Assembly: GCA_951804945.1 (NCBI GenBank)
Contig: OX638152.1
Span: forward strand, 29,326,001 to 29,390,000
Direction of reading: 5' to 3'
DNA length: 64,000 nt
Source of the DNA: Podarcis cretensis
Taxonomy: Eukaryota
The position numbers and the translations under genes are program-made. Positions 1 through 14,637 of this stretch are shown here, piece by piece. Each line of letters opens with the position of its first letter. Position 1 is the stretch's first letter. Below the pieces are notes generated by a model. That model was not told where the DNA came from. It worked only from the letters and a program-made list of their open reading frames with translations, and did not search any database.

Positions 1-3000
1 GCTTTTCCTCCAAGAGAAAAAACAAAACTGAATTTGGGGGTATAATTGGGATTGAGGCATAGGAATCACGGGGATCAACTGCCTTCCTATCTGCCTCAGT
101 CATGATTATGATTGTGCACCTGCTATTTCTTTTATTTTATTTAAAGGCACACGAAATGCAATTGCCAGTTTATTTTATTGACCCTGAGATTCTGAAGAAA
201 GACAGTGGTGAGCTGGGGTTCCTAATTGGTGGGATATGGTAGGCATGGCTATGAAAGCATAACAATAGCTGAAAAGGCAGAAACCCCAGGATGCAGTGTT
301 GTGGATGAAGGGAGATGAATATTATTTTGCTGGGTGCATAGGACCTGGCTGTGTGTTTCTTCTTTGGAAAGAAATCGCTGTCTGTGTTGGGAAGTAGGAT
401 GATGCAGCTGTCTGCTTTTTGTCCTGAGCATGACTTCTTTTTCAGAGAGTGAACCATATCATTTTGAAGAACACTTATAATGTATTTCTAATCAGAATGA
501 TTTAGAATTCTGTAATGTGTTAAATACTGGCTGCCTTGCACCTGGTGTTGCTCGGGGATTTTTGAATTCAGTGGTTAAAACCACTGCAGTTTTGAAAGGT
601 TCTGTCTGCCATCTTGATTCAGAATGGCATCCAGTTGTATACAACATAGACAAAAACCTGCTCCTTGAGCTCAGGAACTGCCATGCAAATTTGATTACAG
701 TATCTTAAGAGATTTCCAAATGCATAGCGGACAGGCAAACAAACAACTTTCCAAAATATAGCTATCTTCAGTACTAAGTTGCTAACTTCAGTGATGGGCA
801 TTGCAGTTGTGGTGCATTATATTGCTCATATTCTATCTTCTGTGTACAAATCTCCCAAGTTGGAGTGGTGGGAAACAATATGGATGTGGTTAGGGGGAAT
901 AGAGAGAAAGATCTCCCTTTGCCTTATGATAGCTCTCTTGCAACTGCAGTGTTATGGAGATTCTCACTTTTCATCTTCATATTGACAGGGAAATGTGAAT
1001 AGACAAAATGTTACATTTTTATGGTAGTTAATAAGAATTTAGTTTACATCTTCAGTCTTTTGGCACTATGCTAAAGCCGAGAAGCCTTTATTTTGTAATG
1101 AAACAAGTCTATTAGATCTTTATGAATCCTGAGGAAAACATCAGTATCTGTATTCAAAATTTAAAATAAACCAGATCTATCTGTTGAGAACTCTTTTGGC
1201 AGCGATTATTTTCACTGTCATCTAAACTGTATTTCACTAGACCTTTCAGTACCTTTTGTTGATGAAACAAAGTTTATGAAATAAATTTCAAGATTATTTT
1301 CAGTAAAGCTGATGATATATGTTCTTTTACTGAGGTTATATCAGAAAATCAATATTTGTAAAATTGAAACAGTATAGGTTTGTATTGATCTATGTGGCTA
1401 AATCAAAACTAAAGGCTTTGTAACAGCTTTCTTAGACAGCCAGCTACCTACTAGTGGCAAACTATCAATTTTAGCTTTCTACTGATAAATCAGCTTGAAA
1501 ATTGGATGTCAAATTTTTTTCAGTGAAGTAGTGATTTTTTTATGCCCTTTAACCTCCCCTTATATATTAGATAGGTTTATAAGGCTAAGCTTACCTTCCA
1601 TAGCCAGTTGTAAAAAGAAGAGGAGACATTTAGATGGTATTGTTTGTATTTTTTCAGAGTTCTTAAAACCTAATTTTATTTCCTCCTTTGTGTTTGCTCA
1701 TGAGCTTGGAGAAGAAATATTTTGAGATTTTAAAAAAATCAACTGTGATATTTCAGATGGATCTGTCTTTGACTCTGTTTCAAGCAGTGGGGATCAATCT
1801 TAAGATTTCAGGAATCATTTCCTTCCTAAAGGGGGAGGGTTGATACTTTGCATTAAATGATTGATTTCTTGCTCTGGTGTTAAGATTTTTAACAACTGTT
1901 CTAACTGCCAATTACAACTGTGCAATAAGGTGTTAGTTTGTAAGATTGCATGCACGTTTTTTCTCCTTTCCCATTTTTATAACAGAGCAGATGGCAAGCG
2001 TCGTCTTAGAATGTACCTCAGTATGTTATATGGTCTAAAGTAGGCTATAAACCCTTTGACTATAAGGAATACGGACTTCTTCTCAGTGTAATGGTATAGT
2101 CCTTGATGACATTTGACAGTACTATACCTTTATGCCTCTAGTCGAGACCATAAGTTAACTTAGGAAAGGGTATTGATTGTGAAGTTTTCTGCTGGATAAT
2201 TACTTCTTGCTGGAGAAAAATGTGGTGTGTATTGATCTGGATGGAAGCATTTCAGTTGCAGTTTCCCTTGGTTAACAGTGAGTGTCATCTTTCAGCCATA
2301 ATAAATGGTAACTTTGTGGCTCAGTATAATTACTTTGTGGTGAAATGAACCACTCAAACTCTTCTCCTAACCCCCTTTCCCCTTATCAAGGGGCTACCAC
2401 AATCTTACGTTGCAGGCCATGATTTACTGAACTAATCATTTTTTTAATAGAACAAAGTCTTCTCCAGTACGTTTTGGAGTAAATATTATTATTATTTGAA
2501 GCAAATTGCTTTATTTTGAGTCTGTAACTGTGTTTCTCCCCTAGCTCTTGTCAGTTTATCTTGACCAGAAAAGGACCTTTCCCTTAAGGCCGTCTTTGAC
2601 TTCAGTGATTGGATTCAGAGAACAATTTAAATGTACAGTATTGTATCACGATTTCATCAGTGCAGAAATAATACTGAAACAGTCATTTTATTCAGTAGTT
2701 CCAGAGTCAATGAGGATAGGATGGACTAAAATCTAAATAAATATAAAAATGTAAACCACAATGTCAATTTACAGCCACAGTATTTTGATGCAAACAATGC
2801 TATAATACATGTTGCATTTTGAAAACTAATGACTCTGGTTTCATGCCGTATATTTTACAGGACTACTTACTGTGTTACAACTACTACTGTCTCATTAAGC
2901 ATACTGAAGAATAGGCTTATTATTGCCTTGGATTTGTTTCCAAAAGCCAATTTTAGTGTCTAATTCTAGGTCAATGACTCTGTTCACATACAAGTCCAGA

Positions 3001-3470
3001 TTACATACCAGGGGCAGGATCTATTCTACTGCCAATTGGCCCCACAGTTAATTCTTCCTAATGTCTAACTTTAACTTAGCTTGAGGCTATATAGTTCTTT
3101 CCCCAGTGATTAGCTGACTGAATAATTCAGTTCATTTATATTGTTGCTAAGATATTTATAGACTATACTGTGACCCTATGTCTTGCTGCTTATAGTCTGT
3201 CTAAATTTAGCAGATTTAGTCATTTTCATAAATCACCATTTTATGTAGGCCGTTGGTTGCCATTGGCAAATTCTCCATATTCTTGATGTTAGGCTGTTTG
3301 ACACAGTGTTGTAAGGAGCCCATCAAGTTCATAGCTTGAATTTTAAAATGTAATTTCATGTACACATTAAACTATGTGGAATTTTGTGGTTTGGAGCAAG
3401 GAGCTCATGCTACATTTCAACTGTGCTACCTCACACCAAAAAAATCAGTTTCGCTCTTACATAAAACAAC

Positions 3471-3545
3471 TAATAATAATAATAATAATAAATTTTATTT
3501 GTATCCCGCTCTCCCCAGCCAAAGCCAGGCTCAGAGCGGCTAACA
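3471..3545 (-). mobile_element. 3' tail of an L2-clade LINE or L2-tailed SINE with (TTA)n tail
   Basis: Reverse complement reads tgttagccgctctgagcc...gagagcgggatacaaataaaatttattattatt: short CCGC/GCGG stem, AATAAA and simple-repeat tail. Same tail type as the end of the SINE at 23435. Confidence 0.55.
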
Positions 3546-3768
3546 TCATATAAATAAGACAATATGCATAATACAATATACAATATGCAAATAAAATAAC
3601 ATTCAACATTCATTAAAATAATATAGAATAATATTAAATATCAGCATTTCAAAATTAAACAGAAATCCACTCAACAATTACAATAAGTAATTTCTAAACT
3701 CCGATCAATAAAACAACAGCAAACCACAGTGCACAACATAATACAATACAAAATAAGAAGCAGAGACT

Positions 3769-3929
3769 GGAGGGTGGGGCAAGGCAGGTGGAAGAAGGCC
3801 TTGCCTGATGGAGTCTCTCCCCTCACAGTTCTTCCTCCAGGCACAGCTTCCTTATGAGGAGACCCAGGGCCGGAGGGTGGGGCAAGGCAGGTGGAAGGAG
3901 GCCTTGCCTGATGGAGTCTCTCCCCTCAC
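3769..3929. repeat. 58-bp direct repeat, 2 copies (3769-3826, 3872-3929)
   Basis: ggagggtggggcaaggcaggtggaag(a/g)aggccttgcctgatggagtctctcccctcac occurs twice with one mismatch and a 45-bp spacer. Confidence 0.95.
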
Positions 3930-6401
3930 CAAACTAAACTAAACTAATTTCTGCTAGAGCTAACAAAGGTTTTGCAAGGACTGGTGGCAGCAGCATTTGT
4001 TCAAGTGGTAGTGCAGTGTTGTTAGTTCTGCTACTCAGATGTCTACACTTAACACACGGGAAGTGTATAGGCATTGGGATGGGACCAGCATTGTCCTGCT
4101 CTGTGTGTGGACTCATTTCACAAGTAATATTTGTTATTTTTGGTGCAACAAACATTATGGACATTATCAAAGCATTGCATACAATATGGATTGAAACAAC
4201 CTAAGGAAAGTGTGGAAAATAAAGATTCTGCTCATGTGAATGAAATGCCTGCATAAAATGAAAGTTTATTTCTCAAGTGTGCTTCCTCTTCTTTTCACTG
4301 TTATTTTATCTATTAATATTTTATCTATTAGTTTCTGCCTTACTTTAAAGCCCATATAAGGCAAAATTGCTTTTTCTTCAGAAGGTATTGTGCTGTAGGT
4401 ATTTGAAGTTACAATAAACTTGTGCTGATTTGAAACCACAAACCCATATAACTTCATTTCAATTTAATTGTTAAGTTATAGAACAAAACAAAATTAGTTG
4501 AAAGAAAACAAAATAAGAAGCGCATATTTAGAAGCAGCTGATCAATTTGTAAAGAGAACCACTTTATCTGTTCTCTTTTCCTTTACAAAATCCAATAAAC
4601 TGCTATTATATTCCTTTTAAATGGTTCCATTACTAGGATTCTATAACAGACTAATCTCTTCATAATTATAATAAATGCCTATAATCAAAGCAGGAACCAT
4701 TTAAAATAGGAAGAAAGACTGTTTTCCATCAAACACTTTGTTGTTCTCTGACCTTTGGAGCATTAAGCTACAATATAACACTACCTATAGATACAACATA
4801 GCTTTTTCAACTTAGCTTGCTCAGATAAAAATAAGTGGTTGAGATCAATGAAAATGTGGATTGACATATTAATAGTTTTTTTTTCCTTTTCAACCTTTCT
4901 ACAAAGTAGGAAGAATTAAATGGATAATGACACTAGCATCTAACTGGGTATAAAATCTATGGAATTTAGATTGCAACCTTTGTAATTTAGTTAGAATGTA
5001 AAGATTCCTTTGAAAAGAAGAGAGATATTAGAAAGCTCAGTCAAAGTGAGCTGCACATACCACTGTTGCGCTTTATGAAAGTATTGTTTTCCTTAACACA
5101 AAAACTGGTATTGTATTCAGATGAACAAACAATCATTTCCAGAGATCATTTAAGTAACTGAAGGCTGATAAGATTACGGGAAATGACTATATGTGATCAG
5201 AATGGCTTTCATCTGCATTTTGTTAGACCAAGCATTGATTTCACTTTTCAGCTGTGAACAGCAAGAGGCCAGCTGTGGCCAAAGGAGCGAGCAAGCAGTG
5301 AACTAGGGTCACAACAGAGAAAATGCAACACTTTTAACGATTACAGCGTAGCAAAAAATCTTCATCTTACAACCGTTTGAAAATTATGTATCCACTGGAT
5401 CCGCAGACTTGTCAAAAATAGTGGGTTTAAGTTCTGAGGAATTAAACCTTTGAACTGTAGTTAAATAAGTAAACATAATTATAAGGCAAAAACAAACAAA
5501 GTGGGTCAAATACAACTTCAAGGCAGAAACTACATTTAACTTAGTATTCCCAGATGTGTTGAAGGGAAATTTACGAAAGTATTTTGAAAAACAAATTCCC
5601 ATTTAAAAGCGTTTTAGATTCAGTGAAACTAACCTTTCTTCAAACCCTTCACAGCTGTCCTAAAATGTTATAAAACTATTGTCAGGTATATTTTTAAATA
5701 GCTAGTGTTACTTAACAAACAGCCATTACTCAAAGAGCATATTAACATACTTCCAGTCCATTGTGAATGGCGTAATACAAAATGTCTACTGAAATACTGA
5801 TAGTACACTAAGTATAGCTTTAAAGAGACACAAATAACAACCTGGTGTGTAGAGTACCAATAATTTCTGGCAGCATATTTATTATTATATGTATTTCCAC
5901 ATGCAAATATGAGTGTTTTAACATTTATTTTCATTTAAAACACCATCCCTTTTTCTCCTATGCTTTCTGATAGCTTAAAATGATCAAAGACACTTAAAAT
6001 GCAATGAATGGAACAATAGCCATACAAATATTAAGTCACAATCTCTACCTGTAAATTTGAATTTGACAAGAGGCAGGAAGGGAAAGTTGTTCGTACAGGA
6101 GGAGTTGCTTTCCCAGATGCTTACATCCCAGACTATCAAAAACAACACCTTGAAATGGGCCTAGGAAACCCCAAACCAGCCAGTGAAATTGTCTCATTTA
6201 GTACAGGTTGGCTGTGTTACTGCCTTCCGGACGTAATAAGAAGGCAAGCTGTAGCATTCAGGTCCACTGCCTGCCATTTCCATATCATCTTCAAGGGTAA
6301 CCAGACGAAAGCACATAACAGCAGTTGATTGGCCATCCACTGTCCTGTGGGATGGATCCCAAGAGAAGGAAGCAGCACTTCAGAGTCTGCACTGGCTAGC
6401 C

Positions 6402-6537
6402 CAGGCATAGGCAAACTCAGCCCTCCAGATGTTTTGGGACTACAACTCCCATCAACCCTAGCTAACAAAGCCATTGGTTAGGGATGATGGGAGTTGTAGT
6501 CCCAAAACATCTGGAAGGCCGAGTTTGCCTATGCCTG
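6402..6537. mobile_element. Palindromic hAT (Charlie-type) MITE
   Basis: Ends caggcataggcaaactc / gagtttgcctatgcctg; the element is nearly self-complementary; 8-bp TSD ggctagcc (6394-6401) / ggctagac (6538-6545). Degraded relatives near 15550-15625, 42095-42190 and 57450-57510. Confidence 0.85.
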
Positions 6538-9500
6538 GGCTAGACAATCCCTGCAGGGCTCTGCTACCATCAGCTGCCCGGATTACTTTTGTATGTTGAT
6601 ATTGTTTCTTTGCTGTTGTTTTGAAATGTATTTCTTTTAAGCTGCCTCTGAAGGACCTGTATCCTAAAAGTCAGGATCTCTTGTAAGAATTGTAAGAAAG
6701 AAAATCACTTAATTTGCATCATTCCCTCTAATAGTAAACTTAGTCCCTAATTATCAAGTGAACAGTGCTAAGAAAAAACAAGGCATTATTTCCCCATAGT
6801 AGTGAGCCTTTTTATCTGGAAATGTGTGTGTGTGTGTGTGCGTGCGTGCCTGTACACACAAACTTATCAATTGAAATAAATTCAAAATTTCCTTTTGCTG
6901 CCTTCCACCTTTTTGCGGGGTGGGGTGGGGGAAATGTTGTTGCCAAAACATAACAGTACAGTCCTCGGATCCTGGATTTATTCATTTTAGTATAAGCAGC
7001 TCTCATTTCTAGTCTGGGGGAAAGGGTCAAAAAAGGAACAAGAAGTTGGGCAGACTGTGTGGATCTAACAATTAAGTCTATGAAGCCAGTTGGACCATTA
7101 AAGGTTGAAAGGATCAGTATAACCCTAAGACATTTGCATTGTATAGCCTAGCAGTTGAATGGTAGAGAAGAAGGAAGGGCTCCTCTGTGCACCTCAAACA
7201 GCACTACAAGCTTAAGGCTGCACTCTTTAGTTAGGGGCCAGGGATAAACTGCAACATTTTATTGTGAGACTCTACTTCTATTTTTCTGTTGTTAAACTTC
7301 TTTTTGAAATCTTAATCAGTTGGCTTAGAAGCCAGCAATTCTTCCGGGCCATTAGTAAGAAATATCCTGTATCAAATCTGGACAAATTGTCTTAGCAAGT
7401 GGTGAAGCTCAATGTGGAACAAATATCTATTCTTAAATTTAAAAAAACAAAACCCAAATAATATTGTGGAGGTTTACAAATACAATGGATCTTGAGCTCA
7501 ATGTAGGTGAAAGCTTCCTTTAAAAAAATCTATTGGGTGGCAATTATAAATTGGCTGTGTCACATTGGGTTGTTTTGTACAAACTAAATTATAGAGAATC
7601 TCTTTATTATAGGACAGTGCAGCAAAGCAATGGATTTTGTACTGTGTGCAGTAGCTTAATCAATTTCATTGCTCTCTATGCGAAAGAATGAGCTCTCTAT
7701 ATCTCTACCGATGACATAGGGAAATGGATAGAAAAATCAAAGGTTCAAAGTTTCTTGATTCAGAATGCAGCCATTTGACCCTGAGTAGAGTTTCTCTTAA
7801 ATCTTCATATAAATAATGAGCATTAAAAGTTGCATACTTAGTGGCAAATATTTTTATATAAGTACAATGTACCTTAAATAGCACACTGAGTTTAAGGAAC
7901 TTGATCAACAAGTTGAATTCCTAGGTTGAAAACCAATACATGAAAAGTTAAGTGGTGTCAAATTGTATACCTTGATCTTAATTTTATGTATTTGCTTTTT
8001 GAATTGGCCTGTATGGTCAATATATGCATGCTGCTAATACACTTCTTACGATTTTGGTGTCATATTTTTACACTTTACAACTTTAGTCTGTTGTCCAGTA
8101 ACGTGCAAAAGTTACCCACCCATATTTTGACTTTGTAATTTTAAAGAAGTTCCATTTGCAGCATAATTAGCTTTTAAGTGTATCATCTATTTAGAAAAAA
8201 GAATGAACAAATAGTTGCATCCAATGTTGTCAGATATCTGACAGAAGATTATTTAATCCACCCATTCAGTTTTCCCCACACCACTTTCTACTCTGCTCCA
8301 AAGGGTACCTCAACTTTCTGGAGTAAATTGGGAGAAGGACATAGGGAATTGGCAAAGATCACATCTTGCCTTCTGTTGGCAGAATCCTTTACTGGGTCAG
8401 AGTGCCCTCCATCAGTGAAGGAGCACAGTTGGATATAACCCAAATGCATTTTAACATTTTGAAACTATTAAAGAAAACATTTGTTTCCTTCCACTGCCAT
8501 CTCTTTTGCTATCTGCACTGGAGTATGTGAAGCTGATAAATTTCATAGTGAGGGCTGTAGAATTACAATTCTGAAGAGGATTCTTCTTGTGATGTTTCTG
8601 GAGATGGAAAAATGTGTAAAGTTTCAGTGGAATTGTATTTAGGTACAGGCCATCAAAACCTACATCCATCTCCAGTACTTATAAAAGGTTATCCTCAACC
8701 AACCAAAAGATCTTTAACACCATGAATTCTCTGTACATCTGTTAGTAATATTCTTCTTTCCAATATGTCCCACCCATAATTTAAGAGAAGATTTATCTGT
8801 GTTCAGGTATCTTTTTGGTGGCAAAGTTCAGTGTACATCTCTTTAAATTTCCGTAATGTTTACACTCCAGGTAACTTTAACAGCTTTCAGTAGTTACTTT
8901 ACTTTTGAAGATAAACTGTTAAAAAAGATTACCTCACAAAGGCATTTGCTATTTTTACCAATACTTTAGTTGCTGAAAAGTAAATACTTTTCTGTTTCAC
9001 TAGGAGTGTGTATTTAACTTAATGAATGCTAAGTTCACTACACTATTTTAATGTTTTATAATTCATTAACTCCTGTGTTTTAGAAAAAAACTTAGTCCTC
9101 AAATTCCCAAAACCCCCCATCTCTCCTCCCCCGTATCATTAGTCTGTGGCTTTTTCTCATCACTTTTCCTCATAGCATGTTATAAAGCAACAGTATTCCT
9201 AAAAAATTAAACCAGCTAACCTAAACAAACACTTCATCTTAGAGTATATTTTATCCTGTATGCTTTTGTATGTGTGTGAGAGACTAATCCTTAGTTATTT
9301 CTTGAAAGTGTGCCTTTATTTAGTCAGAACAATGTAACAGAAGCGTGCACATGTGTTATGGAATACGGATTTGTGTGAAAAGTGATTGAAATTGCTGGAA
9401 TACGTTCAAACAGAATGGGAGAAAATTGATGGCTTCCTGATCCAAGTTCTACTGAAACTAATTAACCTCTGTGTTTTGTTGACTTCAGTGTGATTTTGAT

Positions 9501-11521
9501 AGTTTCTTAAAAGTGCTGTGCCTTAATCCATGTGATCATACTTACAAGTGTTAACTGAAGTAAAGGTTGCTCAATCATCCATCATGATATCAGATTTTTA
9601 CCAAAGGTATATGGATATTAATTTTAGTTGTAATAGCATCAGAGAAGAAATATGTTTTAAAGTACAGATGTTTTTCATTCTCTTCTTTAAACTGTAGAGG
9701 TAAACTACATTATAGGAAGCTAGAACTAATATAAAGGTCTTCTCCTCCAACAACTACAGGTGAATAGCTAGCCAAATGTGGTCTAACAATAGATTTTTGC
9801 AAATAAGCAATGGTGCTTGGATACACATAAGTACCACTTTGGAGTGATTATATGCTGTGATCCTATACATGTATAACTGAATGTCATTCCCATTGGGCTC
9901 AATATACCTGTGCAGAGGATTGCAGTTCGTGTATCATACTAATATAAAGGACTTCAGAAGGATCTGATCAAGTGACAGAATAAGTAGCTGGTTCTCTTTT
10001 CTGACAAGTATTACAAAATATGATACAGCATTTCAACCGTTTTGGATGTAGACACTTGAGCAATAGGCGACTGTAAGCACAAAAATGATAGAAAATGTCC
10101 ATGTAAACAATATATCTATAGGATTAGTATGCTCCCAGCTATATAGTAATATAGGCCGCTAAATAGACATTCCTGCTTGTTCTGCAACAGTAACAAGAAA
10201 GCAAACAGCATTGGGCAAAGTGTTTGAAGAGTGGACTTCACTGGTATTCTTTCAGCAGTACTGTGTCATGTTCTACACAATAAGTACACACAAACTGAAT
10301 TTCTAAGTGTGGACTAAACATTATTACAGACCCATAGAATCTGCACACTGAGATTATCCAGCTACTGTCAAATATAAAATAACTGTCCTCATATGTAATG
10401 ATTTGTGTGAATGAAGAAAATAAATATAAAAGGAAGACATCACATTTAAAGATTTTCAATACATGTAATTAACCCGTTGAATCTATCTCAGCATATCATT
10501 GAAACAAAGAGAATGGTAAGAATTAAAGTTTTGTATCAATGAGATTTGCCTTGATAAGACTGGATATTTTTTCTGAAAAAATATTAAACCCTCATGCTTC
10601 AGTGCATAAGACAACTGCTAACTGATGGAGGTTAAGTGCAGCCTATCTCTGGCGTGACATTTATTCCATAAATGTCAACTACAAAGTTTCTTGCACCTTC
10701 CTTGAAAACATCTGTGTTTTGCCTGTTTTTCAGACTGACTTAGTTGAACCAGTTGTCCAGTTAAATGTCTTACTTGCTTTCGGGTATAGTTCCTTTGTGA
10801 GATACCAGTTCTATATATCTATCTAAATACATCTTTGTCTGCAACAGATTTAGCTTTTTCCAATGTTAGTTTCTGAAAAATGAGATGCCATAATTCATTT
10901 TCTCAAGGCAAATGATCGGAATAGGCGTTTTCTTAGTGGGACTTCCCATTTTCCCACTTGCATGTCAACACCAGTAAAGTTTCTGCCAACAACAGGTTTC
11001 TTGATCTGATTGCTTACAGGTAACTATATACACTTAATGTAATAAGCAATGAAGGACCAAGGCATGTTTCAAATTACTACTTTGGTTCTCTTTAAAAGGA
11101 AACTATTAGGCTTGTTAGATCTTTATTTTCAGGTTTTTTTAAAAAAATCATACATAATTGTGAAAAGATTTTGACTTGCTCTTTGCGTTTCATTAACAAT
11201 TTCTTAGTGTCTTTCATATTGAAGTGACCTTCTTGCAAATAGATACTGTAGCTTTCATTGGCTAACTCTTTACTTGCACCAGCCAATGGCAGTAATATTT
11301 TCATCCCTACTGGGGGTCAAATTATACTAGTTATCACTTTTTAAAAATGCAGTTCTGAAAGTGTGCGTACCAGTGCACGAAAGAAGGTGAACAGAGGAGT
11401 GATGGAGAGGTTTTGGAATTTATTGCATATGTATAAAGTTAAAAATTTAGTAACAGTTGTGTCTCCAGTATGCTCTGTGTTAATAACAAAGCTGTTAAGC
11501 TGGATCTGGATCTTGTCTATA

Positions 11522-11711
11522 CAGGCAACCGCCAATTTGCATGGGGGTTGTGTTCCAGGTCACCACCCACGACAGCGGAGTGCACATAAGCCCACTCTAC
11601 CCTGTTACCCCCTCCCCTGTTGTGTCGCCTTTTCTGGCCACTTCCAGCTCACCGCAATGTGCTCGTGCATGTTGCACATCAGTTGGACACATGTAAGACT
11701 TTTGCTGCCTG
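11522..11711. mobile_element. Old Tc1/mariner (Tigger-like) non-autonomous element
   Basis: TA|caggcaac ... gctgcctg|TA: short imperfect TIR with TA on both sides. Confidence 0.5.
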
Positions 11712-13311
11712 TATAGGGGGCCCACAGGAATAGCCATAGCAATAATTTGCTGTCTTCCATTGTACATATCACATTTAATATGGACTTATGTCCCCACTTC
11801 TAGTTGCCTGTGCAATCTGTCCAGTAGGAAAAATAGATGTTGATAGACCAGCCTAACCATAGCCTACAGTGGCGTTCATGGGTGCCAGTTCACTTTCAAT
11901 TTTATATATGTGGGGAGAGCGAGGTGTGTGAGAATGTGAGGCTGTCTTCTATGCCCACTGAGTGTATAACCTACTTCTAGGGTATCTGTCTGCCCCCCCC
12001 CTCAAATCTATGGGCACAGGAGGGTTTAAGCACCCATCCACTCCCATGCTAACGATCCCTTGCAACTGCCTCCCCACCCCCCATTCCCACTTTCCCAAGT
12101 CTAATTCTGAGAGAAGCAGGTGTGATTTAAAGATGGATAACTACTGAAACTTATTCTGCATGAACCATCATGATGGTGGTGGCTCTCCAGTCTTCCTGCC
12201 CCTCTTTTTTACATTTTTGTATTTATTTTGTGTAAAGACTTGCATTTGTGAAGGCATAAAACAGCCAAGATTAAGGTACACTCTAGTGCCATTCATACCC
12301 TACTATATCAGTAAATATGTAATGTACATGCCAAATACTAGTTTTGTTTCCATCCCAACCCCCCAACCCTGGTTTGCTGATGTAGTAAAACAGAGGTTTA
12401 AGCACTATCTTTTCTGTTCACCCATCATATTGACATGGAACCTGTAGATAAAATAATAATAGTTAGCATTTTGTCAGTGCCATATTGCAAATTTTGAGAT
12501 TCTTGACTGTTTCCATATTTAGTAACTAAATTTAATATAAATGAATGCATGTATTTGCACGTTTGGTAGGATATGGGTTAACAATGGTTTCTGAATCATT
12601 CTGTGAAACTTTAATATTGGTTCTGAATGCAAAACAGGCAGTGTGAAATGATGATGGCCATGGTTGTTAATGACTTGTTTTAGCTGGGAGCTATAAAATC
12701 ATCCAAGGACTCTGTTGGTGTTGGAATAATAATTTACCTAGACAATTACCACATGGTGGAATTTTTTGCAGCTCTAATTCAGAGTTATTAATAATGAATA
12801 AAATTGCAATTTTCTCAGGTTGCTGGGGGCAATGGGGAATTATTTCAATGAATATTTCAGCACATTATTTTAATCATAGTTCCACAAAAATTCAAGTGGG
12901 CAATATTTTGTACTTTTAAGTTTAGTCTGCTAAGAGACCATAATCATTAAGTTGCAAAATATTTGCTCTTAGGTCCATTCTATGATTTACAATCTTTTTT
13001 TAAAAGAAACACTGTAGAAGAAAGCAAGCTGTGTCATTAATACTTGTAATTTGATGCTGCATTTGTTAATGGGCTTGCTCTGATTAATGTTTTCTTTTTG
13101 CAGTAAGAGCGGTTTGAGAAAGTTGAATCCTTAAATGCTTCAATGAAAGTAATGAAGTACTCAAATGCTGCACTTTAATAATATATGCTGTAACATTTTC
13201 CTTGTACTGACTGAAAAAAGTAAGGAAATGTTTTATTGAGCTGCTGCTCCTTCTCTGTATCCCAGTGTAGTAGACACTAATCTTTTATTATTGTTGTTAT
13301 TATTTTCTTAG

Positions 13312-13436
13312 CCAACTGCATGATTTCTGGCGCTTAGATTATTGGGAAGATGATCTGCGTCGACGGAGGCGGTTTGTTCGCAACGCCTTTGGCTCCACCC
13401 ATTCTGATGCATTGCTCAAAGCTGCTGTGGAATATG
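13312..13436 (+). CDS. NBEA: Neurobeachin internal coding exon (125 nt)
   Basis: Acceptor ttttcttag, donor G|gtcagt. Encodes (S)QLHDFWRLDYWEDDLRRRRRFVRNAFGSTHSDALLKAAVEY(G), which I recognise as neurobeachin DUF1088-region sequence. Ends in phase 1, matching the next exon. Confidence 0.96.
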
Positions 13437-14094
13437 GTCAGTACTCATTGTAACATACCCACTCTCTTAAAAAGCTTTATTTTTATTTGTAAGATGTTTC
13501 TGAGAACCATCCACTTTACTCCCTTTTTCCTTTTAGTACCTTTTTGGCCTTGCATGAAAGATGCACATAGCTACAAGCTTTGTAGGGTACTCAGTGTTTA
13601 AAGCTCCTACTTTCCGAGGCCCTTCTTATCCCTCTGAAGGAGCTGACATGTTATTCAAATAGGAACATGGCTGTAAACATGACCCCTATTGTGTTCAGGT
13701 AAAGGAGAGGTTCTGGGTGCAGTAATTTTACTCAGTTATGGTTAAGGTTGCTAGCACTTTACTAGATACAGCAATCTGAGGTTACTATAAAGAGGAGTGT
13801 CCTGTTGGACAGGAGTAGTAAGGGAAAATATATGAGAAAGTGGAACGACATCACATTGTAGAGTGGGAAAGGGGGGGGGGGGAATTGTCAACAGTATTTT
13901 CCAATGCAGGATATTTATTAGCATGTCTCATTGGTGAAGGAGTTGCTCGGAGCTACAGCAGTGTCACAGGCTAGTAGTGGGCAGCAGATATGAGGATGCA
14001 AGATGATGTAAAAAATAATAATTTTGTAAGTTGTGTGTCTTTGTTTCTCAGTTTGATCCTTTTATTCTGGCTTGTTTTATTTGATGCTTCAGTG

Positions 14095-14165
14095 TGCTCT
14101 AAACCGCTTTGAGTTTTTTTCTGAAAAATATAAAGCAGTATAGAAATGAATTGAATAATAATAAG
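14095..14165 (+). mobile_element. Degraded L2-type 3' tail
   Basis: taaaccgctttgag...aaagcagtatagaaat...aataataataa resembles the L2/SINE tail seen at 3471 and 23620. Confidence 0.45.
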
Positions 14166-14637
14166 ACCATTGTCTAGAAAGAACAATGTAGCAGAGAGAG
14201 GTAAGCTAGCCAGTTAGTTGCTATGTCAGCCAAGAAGGCGCTATCTATAGGCCAAATTTGGTCTGTGGGGATCAGTTATCTACCTCAAATAAATAAATGA
14301 ATGTTCTTCATGAACTCTAATCAATCTTTGCTACGGTTTAATATTTCCAAGTTTGCAAAGTGTTCATTTTCAGAAACGTTTTGCGATTCCACACTGTAAT
14401 TAGTTCTGAGTAAAATTTCCAGGGGCTTGCCCCCATAATATACAAATATTTAAAACTCACAAGGTGAGCAACCAAACAGTGGTATGAAGTAGGACCTTAG
14501 GAAACATTTTATACATGTGCCTCATGACCACAGAAATATCTCCCAATCCATTAGGTTGCCCTTCTCTATAACCACAAACATTAGAAATTTGCTTCGGGAG
14601 TTTATTTTGTTTTTAAGATGTACTAAGATTCTAAAGC

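Noticed and set aside
13350-13601. ORF-track 83-aa ORF over the first NBEA exon
   Set aside because: Wrong frame; the real exon is 13312-13436 in another frame, defined by splice sites and NBEA sequence.
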